From Gnetum montanum (Eukaryota > Plantae > Gnetophyta), in the NCBI GenBank assembly GCA_015680685.1, contig MNCI01003167.1:69867-133866 (forward strand): a DNA stretch of 64,000 bases. The letters are read 5' to 3'. The notes beneath the pieces are model-generated. The model ran no database searches, was not told the origin of the DNA, and saw only the letters and a program-made list of their open reading frames with translations. Of this stretch, positions 37,414 through 51,075 are shown piece after piece. A program made the translations under genes and the position numbers. Position 1 is the first letter of the stretch. Each line of letters opens with the position of its first letter.

Positions 37414-39231
37414 TTTTCAAACGTAACATTGGTGTGATCATTTCAATGCTATTTGAAAGAAAAAACAAAACCATATCTTGTGACTACACTAGGCCCAACT
37501 AAGACTATGCTAGCTAGCATAGTTGAGATAGGTTCTAGCATAGTTAGTGTTAATAGGTATTTTTCCAAGATTGTCATGGCCAAATTTGATTTTCCAATGG
37601 TTTGTATGGCTAGCACAGTGAATGAGGGTTGGATATTGATAAATGTAGGCATCATTTTGACCCTTTGAAAGCTACAAATGATGTTAAGCATTGTTGAGTA
37701 CATTATTCAACATAGTCCCAATGTAGATGCATGGGAAGAAGGTGTTTGTGGAATCTTAAGGTTGGAATTTATGCCTCATCAGCTTCCTAGGATAGCATAG
37801 GGGAATTAGGATTGTGAACTAGTAATCCAAAGGTCAGAAGAAACCATTGAAAGTGATTTTTGAAGCCATATCCTAGTAGAATATGTTGTTTAGCATAGTT
37901 GAACTTGGCCTGAGTGTAGATGGAAGAAATCTACCATTTCCAAGGTCAAAATAGGATGAAATTATAGATGTGTAAGGTCAAAAAAGGTTTTTGAATATTC
38001 AAAGTGTCATAGTACTAGTCAAACCAGCCTAGAATCATAACTACACTAGGACTATACTAACTAGTGTAGTTGAGACCTACTTTAGTGTAGTCTAAAATGA
38101 ATATTGATTTTTCATGAAATTTTTTAGTTGATCAACTAGGTTCTTAGGTTCTTGGGTCATTGGTGTTCATGGCCAGGGTTTAAACTTAAAATTATTAGTT
38201 CTAATTTTTTCTTCAATTGAATTAATCATACACCCTTGGACCATGTTCACCAGCATAATTCTAGTGTAGTTGTGGAGTGCAAGATGAGTTTTGATAATTT
38301 TTAACTTGGTTCACAATGTTTAGTGGTATTTGAAGTCTCCAACAAGGTTTTGAGGTAGAGACGATGCACCAAGAAGTTAATTCAACTTGTTTATGTCTTA
38401 CTTTGGGATTTTTACAAAGGAAATACACTAGGACTATGCTTGCCAGCATAGTCCTAGGCTTCCCCAGCGTAGTCTAAAGGTTTACATGTATTCCAACTAA
38501 CTTTTCTTCTACTATTTGGTAGTTCAAAGTTATCAGAGGTCTCAGGAAGGTGTAAAGGCCAATATATGTTAATTAAAAGATTATTTTTAACATTTGGTGA
38601 TTAACCAATTATAATGTAAATTTTTTCTTTCCTTGGTGTCTGGTATCCTCCCATGTTAACACCCAATTACCAATTTTGAACATAAGGCTCTTTGAACTCA
38701 AAGATAGGATATATGGATGTCCAAGAAGAAGGTTGTTGCAGTGATTTGGATTTAGAATCCATTCCAAGGTTTTTAGAGGCTTAAAATGTAGTGTAGTTAT
38801 CATGGAGAAGCCTAAATCTAAGTGTGTTAGAATTTTTATTGGCTTGTTAAGGAGGCACCTAGTGGAACTAACCTCAAATTTGAATTATTAAAAAACTTAA
38901 TTTTCCACTAACCTAGCATAGTCCCACCTTCTAATTGTGATCATGGAATTATGTGGAACTTGGATGAGTGTTTTAGGAAACCATGGTTTTGGTGGTTAAG
39001 ACATAAGTTTGGGAGCAATCATTACTTTGCAATTTTGCAAAAATCAAAAATCATCTATCTCACACCAATTTCATCCTATAGTTTATAACACCAGAGATCT
39101 TATCCTACTCTTGAATAAATTACATTCATCCTCAATGTATTATAGTCATTCTACAGCAAGAAGTGAGCAAAGTTGCAAGAGGACCTATTAAAGCTTGAAG
39201 ATTTTAGAGAGTTTGGCACTATTCATTCAAG

Positions 39232-42200
39232 ATGCCGAAGAGGAGAGATTTAACAATAAAAAATCCAACCTTGGAGAAGGTTGATGCAACTAAAAGAGGA
39301 ATCTCAAATCTACCATGGCCTTTTCTAGAAGAAGGATCTTCCACCATGACTCCTAGGTACAGAATCCCTAGCCATTTCCTAAGAAATTTCATTAGAATCC
39401 TACGTGTTTTTACTTGTGTATGAATTTTTATTGAGTGGAATTGAAATTTGTAAAATTCCTACATCAGATCTAGTCCATGTTCATGAGGTTTTAATGTTTC
39501 TTCAACTTTGGGATTGATCTATGTTGAATAATAAATTTTATTCTAGTCTTTCCTATGCATTTTTTATAGCTTCTCATAAAAAAGTAATACCACTTTTGTA
39601 GAATTTTGTATGAAAATGACTTTGGATTTTAGTTTTTATGAACATGGGATTATAATAAATATTTTAACAATTAAAATGGTGGTTGAACTAATAGATTTTA
39701 AATTACAGTAAATTTTTTATGAATTTTTCCATAAGCCAGTTCACAAAGGTTTTTTTAGTTTTTGCTATTATTTCATGTTACTTTCACAATTTTTTATGTA
39801 AAAATGGCTAAGAATTATTTTTTTTTAAGTTATAGGGTTTTATTTTGTTTCTTATTAGTTCAAAAAATCATGGAATCACTAAATTTTAATATATGTTTAA
39901 TTTTCTATGAATTTTGTCATGGACTAGCACACAATGAGATTTTTGGTTTTTATGGCTTTGCCCCTATGAAAATGAGCAGCGTCGACACTTGTGAGAACTT
40001 TTTGTCAATGTACCAAGTTCTAAGGATTATCAAAGATGTTAGAGAGGGTTTGGAATTATTTTTATGAATTTTAAAATTTCTCCATATTTTTTATCACTGA
40101 TTCACTATAACCATTTTCTATAGTTTCTAGTTTTGTGTAATTTTTTGTTAAATTTTGTTATGGTTTTGGGTTGTTAAAATTTTTTCTAGGCTTTGGACTA
40201 CATAATAGATGTTGAATTTTGTTGAATTTTTTATGTGTAAATAGTCCCTAGACTTGGAATAAAATTTTTAGTTCTAATTTATCATTTGCAGACTTGTATA
40301 GTTGCAATGTTCAGTATCAAAACTACAAACCTCCCTAGCTATATAGGTAGCATTGGTGTGATTTTTGAATTTTAATGTTGATGTTCAATGGTTTCTAAGG
40401 TTATTTATACGTTGTATTTTAGTTTTCAATAGTCACTTAATTTTTAAAAATTTTGGCTAGCTCCCCTAGAGTTTTTACTACAGGTAGTTTCAATGTTAAC
40501 TATGATTTATAGTAAATTTTTTGCAAAATTCAAGTTGGGATTTTGTGACTGTTGTTGTAGGTACAAGCCAGTTATCATGGCTTCAATGTTTCTACATCAA
40601 ATTTTTATAATTTTTTATGCATATTATATCATGAAACTACTATCGATTACTAGTTGACTACTTGGTTCTTTTTGGTTTGTCATGTGCAAACTAGTCATAA
40701 TTTCAGTTATCAGTTTGTTTTGTTTCTAATTATTTACAATTATAATGTTGAAATTAAGGTTGTAATAATTTTTTTTGTCTAATAGTTATTTTGTTTATGG
40801 TCATTTATGATTTTAACAATTTTTTTTGTTGTCTGTAAGGCCTTTTTGAAACTAATCCTACTGGTCATTGAGCTAGTGGGCTCCTCTGCTACATCCACAC
40901 ACTATGGCACAACACCCCCTACACACATGATATTAGAGCATGCCTCCTTATGGTTTTGATGAGGGGAAAAGGAATTCTTGGCCTACCTACTCCAAAACTT
41001 TAGTGTGATGTTGTGATCACACTTGTCTTTAAAAGACAGCGTTGGTAATCATGGAGATCTTACTACCTCACTCTATATATATGATTATCAAGTTCATAGT
41101 TGATGATCCCCAAACTCAAATTGAGGATAAGAATTCAAAGGCATATACACCAAAGGGACATGCAAGTTGTCCAAAATTTGGGATATGCCAAAATTCATCC
41201 AATACAATGCAAGAAACACATTGTTAATTAACTACTGTGCCAACATGCTATTGTAGAACCTTCCTGCCACCATCTATCATTTGGAGGGGCAAGTCCAAAG
41301 TTAATTTTTTTTTTCTTTTAGCTTCCTTAGGAAATTTTGATTTAATAATTTTTTTTTAATTTTTGATGACATTTTGTAGGTACAAGGTGGATGACCATGA
41401 CTTAATCAAGAGTAACTAACTCTTGCCTATAGCCTAAACAAGGCTAGGGGTATTTACCAAAGGCCGAGTGGTGAGGCTTACTATAATGGATAAAATCAAG
41501 GATGACTTTGGTAGGTATACCACATGCTATGCCAAAGCCTAACGTAGGTGCTTGATGAATGGGATAGCCCATAGTTGGTGAGGAATCCATAATTCTGATG
41601 TAGAGACACATATCCCCCTTAGTATCCCCACATTACCTTTACTAGGTAAGCAAAGTAAAAAAAATTATTTTTTTCTTATTATACTTTATTTTATTTTTAT
41701 GATATTTTAATTTTTTATAGCTACATAGTGATAGGTTATTTAGGTTTGAATTTTTTAAATGGTTTTATTAGTATGGTCATAAACATGGCTTTAATTGGTT
41801 ACACTTGTTATGTTTATGGTCTTATGTGACATGTCTATGCTTAAGCTAATTTTTCTATTATTGTGTTATAGGGGCTACCTCCTCCTCTACCATCACCTTG
41901 ATTACTTCAGCACACTTCGAGGAGACTCTTATTCTTAATTTTGGTAAGGTAGATTTGGCACAAATGTGGTTGTCTAGTTAAGTACCTAGAAACATCCAAG
42001 AAAACATAACTAATGTAGGTTTACTTGATCTTTTCATGGCTCCTAGCCCAACCATCCCTACCCTAGAGATGGTCAACATCATCAAATCCTTTGACAAAGG
42101 AGTCAAGATGTTTTTCACCCTCATTCATGATGTGCCTATCATCCTAGTCATCAATGAATCCACCTTTACTACCTTTGTCATCCCTTATGAGGGCTTAAAG

Positions 42201-44652
42201 GTTGTTAACAAAGCTAGAAAAGAGCAGGTCCACTAAGAGGAAGTGGAAGAGTGGCTAAACACTCAGTGTGATCACAAGGGGTTGTCTCTAGACAAGTATC
42301 AGGTTGTAGAGGCTAACGAGGCATATCCCTTATTCTATTCCTAGGTGTTTCCCAAGTTGTTATTATAAGGAAATATCCTTGGCATTGAATAGGCATGGAC
42401 CATGAATAAGGTTCTCACTAAGGATGCTCAATTTCATAAGGCTACTTATTTGGTTTTTGGACCATGTGAGGATATCCTAAAACTCCAAAACAACCTTAGG
42501 ATGGAATGTCACATTCACTTTGCAATTTTCACAGCATATCTCAAAAGCCTCATGGAGTTTCTAATGGTGTAGAAGGATGGATGATGGGCATGCCAAGACC
42601 CATCCCAACATTCTAGGCATAGGGTGTAACTCATTTATCCCACCATGCAAATTCATAACCAACTAGTGGATGTTGGGGAATAGATGTCTATCACCATTAA
42701 GCATTTTAGTGGTGTACCTTGTGCTTCCCCTAAGAAAAATGATGATTGAACCCTATGTTGCCCAAGAAAATGTTGGAAAGACCAAGGAATTACATGTTGA
42801 AGTTGAGGGTATAGTGAGAGCAAAACTAAAGTGGCCTATGGTTGATGAAGCAACACCAGTGATTGAGCAGCCTATGAAGAGGAGGCTTATCATTAAACTT
42901 GGTCAGGTGCATCATGTGGTCACAAGTATGTTTTAGTTTATTTTATTTTTGAGTTATTTTTCATTTTATGTTTTACATTATAAGGCTACATCATTATTTT
43001 GTTTTAGTCAAAATTTACTAAGTTGTTATATACTTTGTCTTTTTTGTTCTTCTACACAAGTAGCAAGAACTAGCAACCAAAGCATTGGTAATAGGGGTAG
43101 AGCAGAAACACCTAGAGGAGTATTTTCTACAATAGCATGAGGAGGAGGGGTTATCCAACATTGTATTGGTTGAACTTGATGCTATACTTGATGGTTCATA
43201 GCTAGGTGAACCCCCTATTATCATGTTAGATGATGTCCCAGGTATTCATGAATTTTGTTCTGATGTATTACATTTTATGTTTTCACATTTAATTCTAGGT
43301 TTTAACTATCTAAGCTACAACCCTGCCTATTGTAGCTCCTAATCGCTAGCCAAATGACTCAACTTCTACATTCTACATGAAACCATGGGCAAAGGTCCTT
43401 AATAAAATGGATTTCATGCATCGAGTATCTAAAGACATGATCAATCAGTTTCAAAAAATTGCTTTTGATGTTGGTAAGAACTTTAGTTTATTTTTCCTTT
43501 AATAGGTTTTACTTTGTTTTTATGATTTTGTTGTTTACATAGGTTTTATAGTTATGCGGTCTCATTGGTTTGGAATTTTTCTTTGTTATCCCATTGCCTC
43601 TTTTTTTTTTGAATATGTGTGCTTTATTGCTATTTTATTTTTAGTGTTAAAGGTTGGATGTCGTTCTAACCATGCCATGGAAATTCATTCATTACCTAGT
43701 GTACCTCCCAAAGTGAAGAATGTCCCATAGAAGTTGCTTTAAAGTGCCACTAGATGTGCACTTTCATATAGTAAAACTTTGTGGAAGTGTCAACATTTCA
43801 ATGAGTTCCTATAAGAACAAGTTGTGGCATTGGAAAGGGAATCTAAGAGGCAAGCTAAGGTGATTAGAAATCTCTAGGATCGTAAGGAATTCATGGAAGC
43901 CAAAGTGGCTAGTAAGGACTCCTTGTGAACCAAGGTGATAACATGGGCACATTATTGGAACACCATCCATGGCAAGGTTACCCTTTCCAAGGATGTTGTA
44001 GAGCAGAAGCTGCAGATGGACTTGCTTGCTTGCAACACCAAGAAGTGGATTGTATTATTATGTCTGAGTCCTTGAGTGGTGCTGAGCATAAAAAGACCAT
44101 AAGAAAAAGTATAAGGCTGAACGTGAGACCTATCTTAAGTTGTTGTAGGAGGAGTCCACTGAACAACACAAGTTGGAGATATTTTTGAAGGGGATTCAAG
44201 CAAAGAGTATCTTCAAATTACTTGAAAGCTCTCTAAAAATTGTTGATTTTCCAACTCCTTAGGTCTCTACTACTTCTAGGGAGGTGACTACCACCATATA
44301 TTCATGAGAGCCACCCACATGGATTGAGATCGATGAGAGCAACATCCTAATGGGTATTAATCCTAGGACAATGGACTAGGGCCACATGACCATGGACTAA
44401 ATTCTTCATCATTTTGAGGTTAGCATTTGGAACTTTTCCATGGAGGATATTGCATTAGAGCCCTCCCAATTTTTCTTATTTTATTTTATTTTATTTTATC
44501 ATGTTTTACTTTTGTTTAATTTATTTTAGTTTCATGTTGTATCAATTATTGATTAGATTCATGTTATTGTGGTAGAGGTACTAGGTGACACTAGTGGGCC
44601 TAGTAGTGATGACATTGGAGATGCTCCTTAGCTTCCTCCAGTTGCACCCTAG
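39232..44652 (+). pseudogene. Putative multi-exon gene remnant (possibly plant-mobile-domain-like plus coiled coil), antisense to the surrounding retroelement
   Basis: GC-richer coding-like blocks alternate with T-rich blocks bounded by GT..AG (e.g. 41646-41871, 43242-43335, 43474-43652, 44419-44575). Confidence 0.5.
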
Positions 44653-45399
44653 TAGCCTCTATTAGCTATCTCTTTGGCTATCTTTATTATTATTGTTAAT
44701 TTTGTTGTTATGATGTTGTGGCTAGAGTTAGCCATGGATTCATGAGAGATGGTTTATTATTTTTATGCATTGTTTAAACTTTTGTCACAGTATGTGACAA
44801 ATATTGAGACTCTTATTACATTTTAGATTCTAATTTTATTTATATTTTTTGGTTCCTAATGTTTCATTCATGTTATACATTTTACATTTTCATTCATGTT
44901 ATAAGGCTACATTGGTTAAATCTTACAACTATGATCTAATAATTTGGTAAAGTAATATGTGAAACTAGCTAGGCAATTAAAATGTGAGCTAGGTTGTAAA
45001 TGGGTTATAAAATTTTTGCTAGTTTTAGGCCAAAACATGCCATGTGTTTTGCTAGTTCTAGGTCATGGTAGTCCCTATGTTTTTCTAGTTTTAGGTCTTA
45101 ATGGACCATACAATTTGAAAAGAAAACATTTTATTACCTTTTTATGTTCTAAAATTTTTATGAGTTTTCATGTTTTTAAGTTTTTAACATATTTTTATGT
45201 TTTATGTTCTAAAATAGACAAGGAATAATGGTAAATTATAAAAAAGAATAAACTTTAGGCTACATGTAATGTACAGTTAAAATAATCTAAAATAAGGTAA
45301 AGCAAAATGGTTTATGAAAATAATGTTTTACCTAAGCGAAGAAGGCTACATGATTATAGATGCAAGGATGAGAAAACTTATGGTATACACTAATTGTGC

Positions 45400-48300
45400 A
45401 AGTATTTCCTAATCTTTGAAAGATTAGGAAAGGTATATGGTCTACTATGCACGATTTTATATTTTCCATTTCCTTCACTAATCAGGTTGAAGGGGAGCTC
45501 CTCCCATTATGCATTCATGGGTCCATCCTTGTCGATTTTAACCTCTTGTGCTCTATTAGGCTTCTTGACTTTGTGCTTAATAGTAGGGGTTTCTTTCTAA
45601 AACTCCACTTCAAATCCTTATTCTATGTCAATTTTGTTGATTGCCAAAGGAACTACACTATCACCATGGATAATTATCTTACCTCTCTCATAAGGTAGGT
45701 GAATTTCTTAGTGGATGGGTGAGGAAAGAGCTCATAATTAAGCTAGCCATGGCCTCCCTAGGATGAGATTGAATCTTGGTGTTTCTTCCACCATCATGAA
45801 GTTGGTCATCATTGGGAATTTTTCCCCTACCACAATGTCTAAAGAAATGAAGCCTTTTATAGCAACCCAAGATCCATTGAAGAATTTAAGAGCCAAAGTT
45901 GAAGTATATTACATATGCTTCATTAGGCCTAAACATTCTATGATGGTATAAGCTATTGCATTAGTTGACACTCGATTGTAATATGCACCCTATGTACCAT
46001 GTATTATGCTACATTCATGGTTATGAAGAGAGGAGCCTTGGTTGTCTCGCCATCCTAACGGTTGGTCTTGACTTCACTATTATGAAACACTAGCACCATC
46101 AACTTTGTTTCTTCCTTTGGTAAAGGTGGTACCATCATTGCAAGGATGGACTCTTCACTAGTAGGAATATCCTTGCTAACAGAAATAGAGGTCAACATAT
46201 TTACTAATGCTTCACGGTGTGTAGTTGAAGTCATCACAAGATCATATAGGCTAAGCAAGGTGTTTTTTTATTTTAGTGATTGCGTAACCTATTCCATAGC
46301 ATTGATGAAGTATTTTTCATTGGTTATTGGTTTCTCATTTTTGCTATTCTTGAAATCCTCCATGCATAAAAGTATGTGAACTTCATGCTTTAGTGATTAT
46401 TTTTTAGCCTCTTTTCCCTTTCCTTATGGCTTGGGGTCCTCCTGTGACTAACTAGTTAAAGTGGCCTAAGTGTTAGAGCTCATTGGAATGGATAAAATGG
46501 TAGTAGACTCTAGTGGGCCCACCTCATTACATACCTTAGCTTGCTTATTATCCTTCTTCTTATGCTTTGGCATAGACTTCTTATATTGTTTGCTCAAGGA
46601 TTTCTTATTGTTGTTATTTGGTTAAGAAGAAGCCATTACATTGGCCACTATGGAAGGACATTGTTGAGTTGTAAGGGTAGGTTTGGTTTTAGTGGGAGGG
46701 GGCACCCTAATCACAAAAGGTTCCTTGAGAGGTGTAGGCAATGGTATCCTTAAAAAAAAAAGGACCTTTACCTAGACAAAATTGAAGGACCCCTATCATT
46801 GTAAGGAGGTACCTGAATCATGAATGACTCCCATGTAGGTCTAGGGTTGTTATTTACATTAAATTCTACTATAGTATATGGGTTGTTGTTGGAATTCAAT
46901 GGGTCCTTATTTACTTACCTGGATTGGTTTTGAGGCATAATAGGATTAGAGGTATTAAGTACCAACTCATCCTTATCTATCATCTTCTCCAAGTCATCCT
47001 TTAGAGCTAGGCAAAAGTTGATATCATGACCTAGTAATTGATGGTAGTGGCAAAAATAGTCAAGCTTGAACTACTTAGGTACTAGTAGGTCATCCTTGGT
47101 TGTAAGATTGGGCTTCTTGGTAATTTCATAGTCTATCGTGCCTCCTATAGGCAATCTAAGTCATTTATTTATATTTTATTCTCCCAATCTTTAACAACTA
47201 ATCAAGGAGTTCAAATGGTTTTATGGGTAACCTAGTGTACTTAGACTAGTCTTTTTATTCAAAATTGGGTTTCATGTTGGTTGATGTAGAGGCCCTAGAT
47301 GTTAATATATGATCTTTCATTATGGGTACCTTAGGTTGATTGATTTTATGCCCTTGTGTTTTTTTGTTTTCTTTAGCCATAGTTTCCATGGCTACAGTAT
47401 TTTGTCTTCCCCTCTACTTATCCTTTTGTGTATGTTGATTTTTATACTCCATGTAGATGGGGTCATGACTAGTCTCAACAACATCCTCTATGTTGTTGGC
47501 TTGAGAAAATGCTTGGCTAAGTGACTATGGATCTAAGTAGTAGAGTTTAAACTTAATGAAGTCATTAAATGTTCCCTTGAATATAGCAATAAGGTGAGTT
47601 TCAACTATTGGTTCAAGAATCTTGTTAAGAAAAGTGTTCCATCATTCTATAATTTTGCATGAGTTCAAAGGATCCTTACTTAACCTTCATTAGTTGGTCA
47701 AGCATTATGTTAAGGTTCAAGTTATATACTAAATGGTTGACAAATTATGGTATTAAGTCCTCAAGTGAGGATATAGATCCTCTTGGTAATGCAAGGTACC
47801 AATCCAAGGCTTTCCTAGTAAGGGACATAGGAAAAATCTACATTATGGTATGCCACTAGGCTTACAGCAATAGACACTCAGAACATACGGTTATAATATG
47901 GGAATTAGGATCACCCTTACCATTGTACTTGCTGAATTAAGGTATGATGAAGCCAAATTAAAGAGTTATCTATGGGATAGCAAGATTAATTAGATCATCT
48001 TAATAGAAGTTCATGATCTTCACCATTTAGGTTATGGAGATTTTAATCTTCTATAACACTTTCATAAGGTTCTAGATCATTTGGAATTCTTGATCTAGAC
48101 CTTAGAGGATCCCATAAACTTGTGGTATCTATAAAAATAGTTGTGGTATGAAGTGAGAGGCCTACGGCCTCATAATGGGTTGTGGAACAGAAGGAAATGG
48201 TTGGGCCATCATGGTTGTAGGGGGACCAAATAGTGAGAAGGAGGTTGGTGAAGGTATTTGGGGAACAAAGGGTATAAAGTGTGTATGTGATCTTTGGATC

Positions 48301-48400
48301 ATTTGGGATTCCACTATGGGGTCCATTAGCATTGAGAACAGGTGAGCAGTGATGAAGATCACTAGTGACAACTATGCAAACTTTGGCAACATGGCAAAAG
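45400..48400 (-). pseudogene. gag-protease of the Ogre-like element
   Basis: IFPMSLTRKALDWY (~47800-47840); knuckle CHYHQLLGHDINFC (~47015-47055); PLFITM..VHRV and LKFFNGS...GFISLDIVVG (~45820-46040). Confidence 0.8.
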
Positions 48401-48875
48401 GAAAAGAGGAGCATAAGGAGGCCATTTAGGACATAGATTATTCCTAGTGGGTTGTTATAACAAGTTCCATCCTAAACATGTTAGGTAGATGAGATAAGTA
48501 TATTAAGTAACTTACCCCATGGAAGAGGTAGAAGAAACCAAGATGGGTACAGTGGCTTGGGGAGTAGACTGTTGGAAAAGTCTCCCTACGAAGTTTTTCT
48601 ATTTATGCTTCACATTAAACTCCTCCTACTCCTTATGTTGACCCTCATAGCTTGACCTCCTATCCTTATCATCCATGTTAATTAGATGAGATAGAATGCA
48701 TCTGTGAGCATCAGACAACAGTATTTTGTCATACAAGGAAGGAATGTATTCCTTCCTATTATGGTGAATGATCTTGTACTAATGTTTGGACTCTGCCTCC
48801 ATCCATGGGATGAGCAAGCCTACTTGGATTTTAAAATAGATAAAATTATAATAATTTCTATTGATGATAGCCAAA

Positions 48876-51070
48876 TCTGGGCTTTTCCCCCTTAGCCTAA
48901 GTGATGACCTACACTCAACTATGGTAGGGTCCTTCAGCTCATAGACCCTTATAACATCTTAGTTAGATGTCATGTTAATTAGGTTGAGGAGCAACACATA
49001 TGACTAGCTAAAATACATTATCACTTGCTTAAATCTATTTTAATATATTTTCTCATTAATTAATTATTTAAAAAAAATTCTAACAAGTGAAATTATCCAA
49101 GATGTAATGGGTTATTGTTGGAAAATAATGTAAACTGAAATAGTAGGTATGGTGCAAGTTGCAGTAGTAGTGATGTCCATTGCACTTAGAAAAATGTGAA
49201 AGTTTTAGATGTTGGAAGGACCAACTACACTAGCTTCGCCAATAGGATCTACACTTGAGGATGTGCAGTCGATCACTAAATTGCCTAGCCAACTACACTG
49301 GTGATATCCCCCCTTGGAAAAATGCACTGATTTTAGAAAAGTGAATGTCCAATGTTGGTTTTCCTAGTACTACACTAGGGTGTTGGAGAGGACTACATTG
49401 ACCTTCCAACAAGATTTCATAATAGGAAGTTTATGTGGATGGGATAGAACTATGTTGGCTCTTAGAACACCCCAAATTTAGGCTTCAACAAGTAAAAATT
49501 CTACGTTTAAGTTTGAACTATGCTAGCCTTAAAAAGTCCAACAATTGCTGTGAAAATTTTACAAACACCCATATCACCTACAACAACTACAGTAGGTATT
49601 AATTGCAAGGAATTAAACATCAACATTGGATTTAATGGTAGATACTTGCAGGTTTTCAAGTATAAAATGGGAATATCTGGTTTTGGAAAATTTTTGAAAA
49701 ATGTTTTGATTGAGAATTTAGGTGGAGGTCCTCCTTCTAGCACCAAGAAATTATTGCATCTAAAAAATTTGATTTCTAGAAAAATAATTAAAAATCCCAA
49801 GTGCAGAACAATTTTGAACTTGAATCCCAAAGGTTTCCAATAAAGAGGATCCAAGGTATCCTAGACGATCTAGCCAATCACCTAGGGATTGAAGAATGTA
49901 AATAGAGATAAAAAATGGAAAACCAAATTGCAGATTCAAGTGAAAATAAACACTGGAATTAAACTTGAAAATAATTCTACACAACAAATGAATTGTAAAC
50001 TTTATTAAAATAGCAAGTTGTTTAAAGTATAAAGTTCAAAAGAGTATAGATTGTGTGCTCAAATGCACAAGAAGCTTGCTTGGATAGAGCTTTACACCTA
50101 TTGGAGCTTGTAGGTTATGTTCTATAGGTAAGCTCAATGATCCAAGTACTTTCCACCTCTAATCACTAAGAACTCCTTGCTATTTTTCACTTGAATCTAC
50201 ACCTTTTATTAATAGTGGTGTAAATAGTGGTGCTTAACTCTTGTTGCAATGGTACTTCACTTAGTGTCTTTGGTGCTTAGGTAGATACCAATATGCTCCA
50301 AAAGTTCCACGAATGCTAAAAAGTTTCAGAATGCTTAAGGTTATAAATTTTGTTAGGTTGCTAAACTATTTAGAACCAAAATAATTTGTACAAGTTTGGC
50401 TTTTATAGGCTCTATGATTGTTGATTTTAGGCTGTAAATTTCTATCATAATTGCTGGTAGATTAGAGTTATTTGCAAGTGTAACAAGCCATAATTCTCAA
50501 TGTAGTTGTCCATTTGTGACCTTTTTTTAACACCCAAGAGTTATCAAAACCATACCAAACTACATTGGCTTCACCTCAACTATGCTATCCTTAGAGAGCT
50601 ATGCTGGCATTGTTGAAATCTGCTAGGAAATATGGTGACTACACTGGTCATGTGAAGATTGCTAAGAATTTCTAATAACTATTTTATCCATACTATAGCT
50701 GCTATTAGAAACTATAATGACTACACTAGACATTGCTACATAAACAAAAATCCCAATAGCTTCAATCCTCAGTGTGTGCAGCTCCAATGTAGTAAAGACC
50801 ATGACTACTATAAAACCCATGAAAATGCCAACTTTGGTAGCTCCCAAGGCATTTTTAGCCTTTCCAAGCCCAAATTTAGACATGACATTACTTTTTTCAC
50901 TTGGGAAGTAAGGTAGTAGTAACCTATGAGGCATTTTTCAATCCCAAAAAGTTAAAGTATGAAATATTGCATCTCATGGACCACAAATATTTTATTTACA
51001 ATAAAATCTTATCTAAAGTTGGGTAGTGAAGGTTACAAGTCATAAGATGAATTTTCTTGGTGGTGTTTCA
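48876..51070 (-). repeat. 5' LTR of the Ogre-like element (left boundary approximate)
   Basis: 49750-51070 matches the 3' LTR; degenerate PBS-like tggctatcatc at ~48860-48873. Confidence 0.6.
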
Positions 51071-51075
51071 AGAGC

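Larger units (their letters stand above)
30334..51070 (-). mobile_element. Ogre/Retand-type Tat retrotransposon (20.7 kb) inserted into the host element's integrase
   Basis: Flanks agagg|TG...CA|agagc; LTR homology 30376-31684 vs 49750-51070; PPT-like tract at 31685-31700; gag, PR, RT, RH, aRH and INT remnants on the minus strand. Confidence 0.8.
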
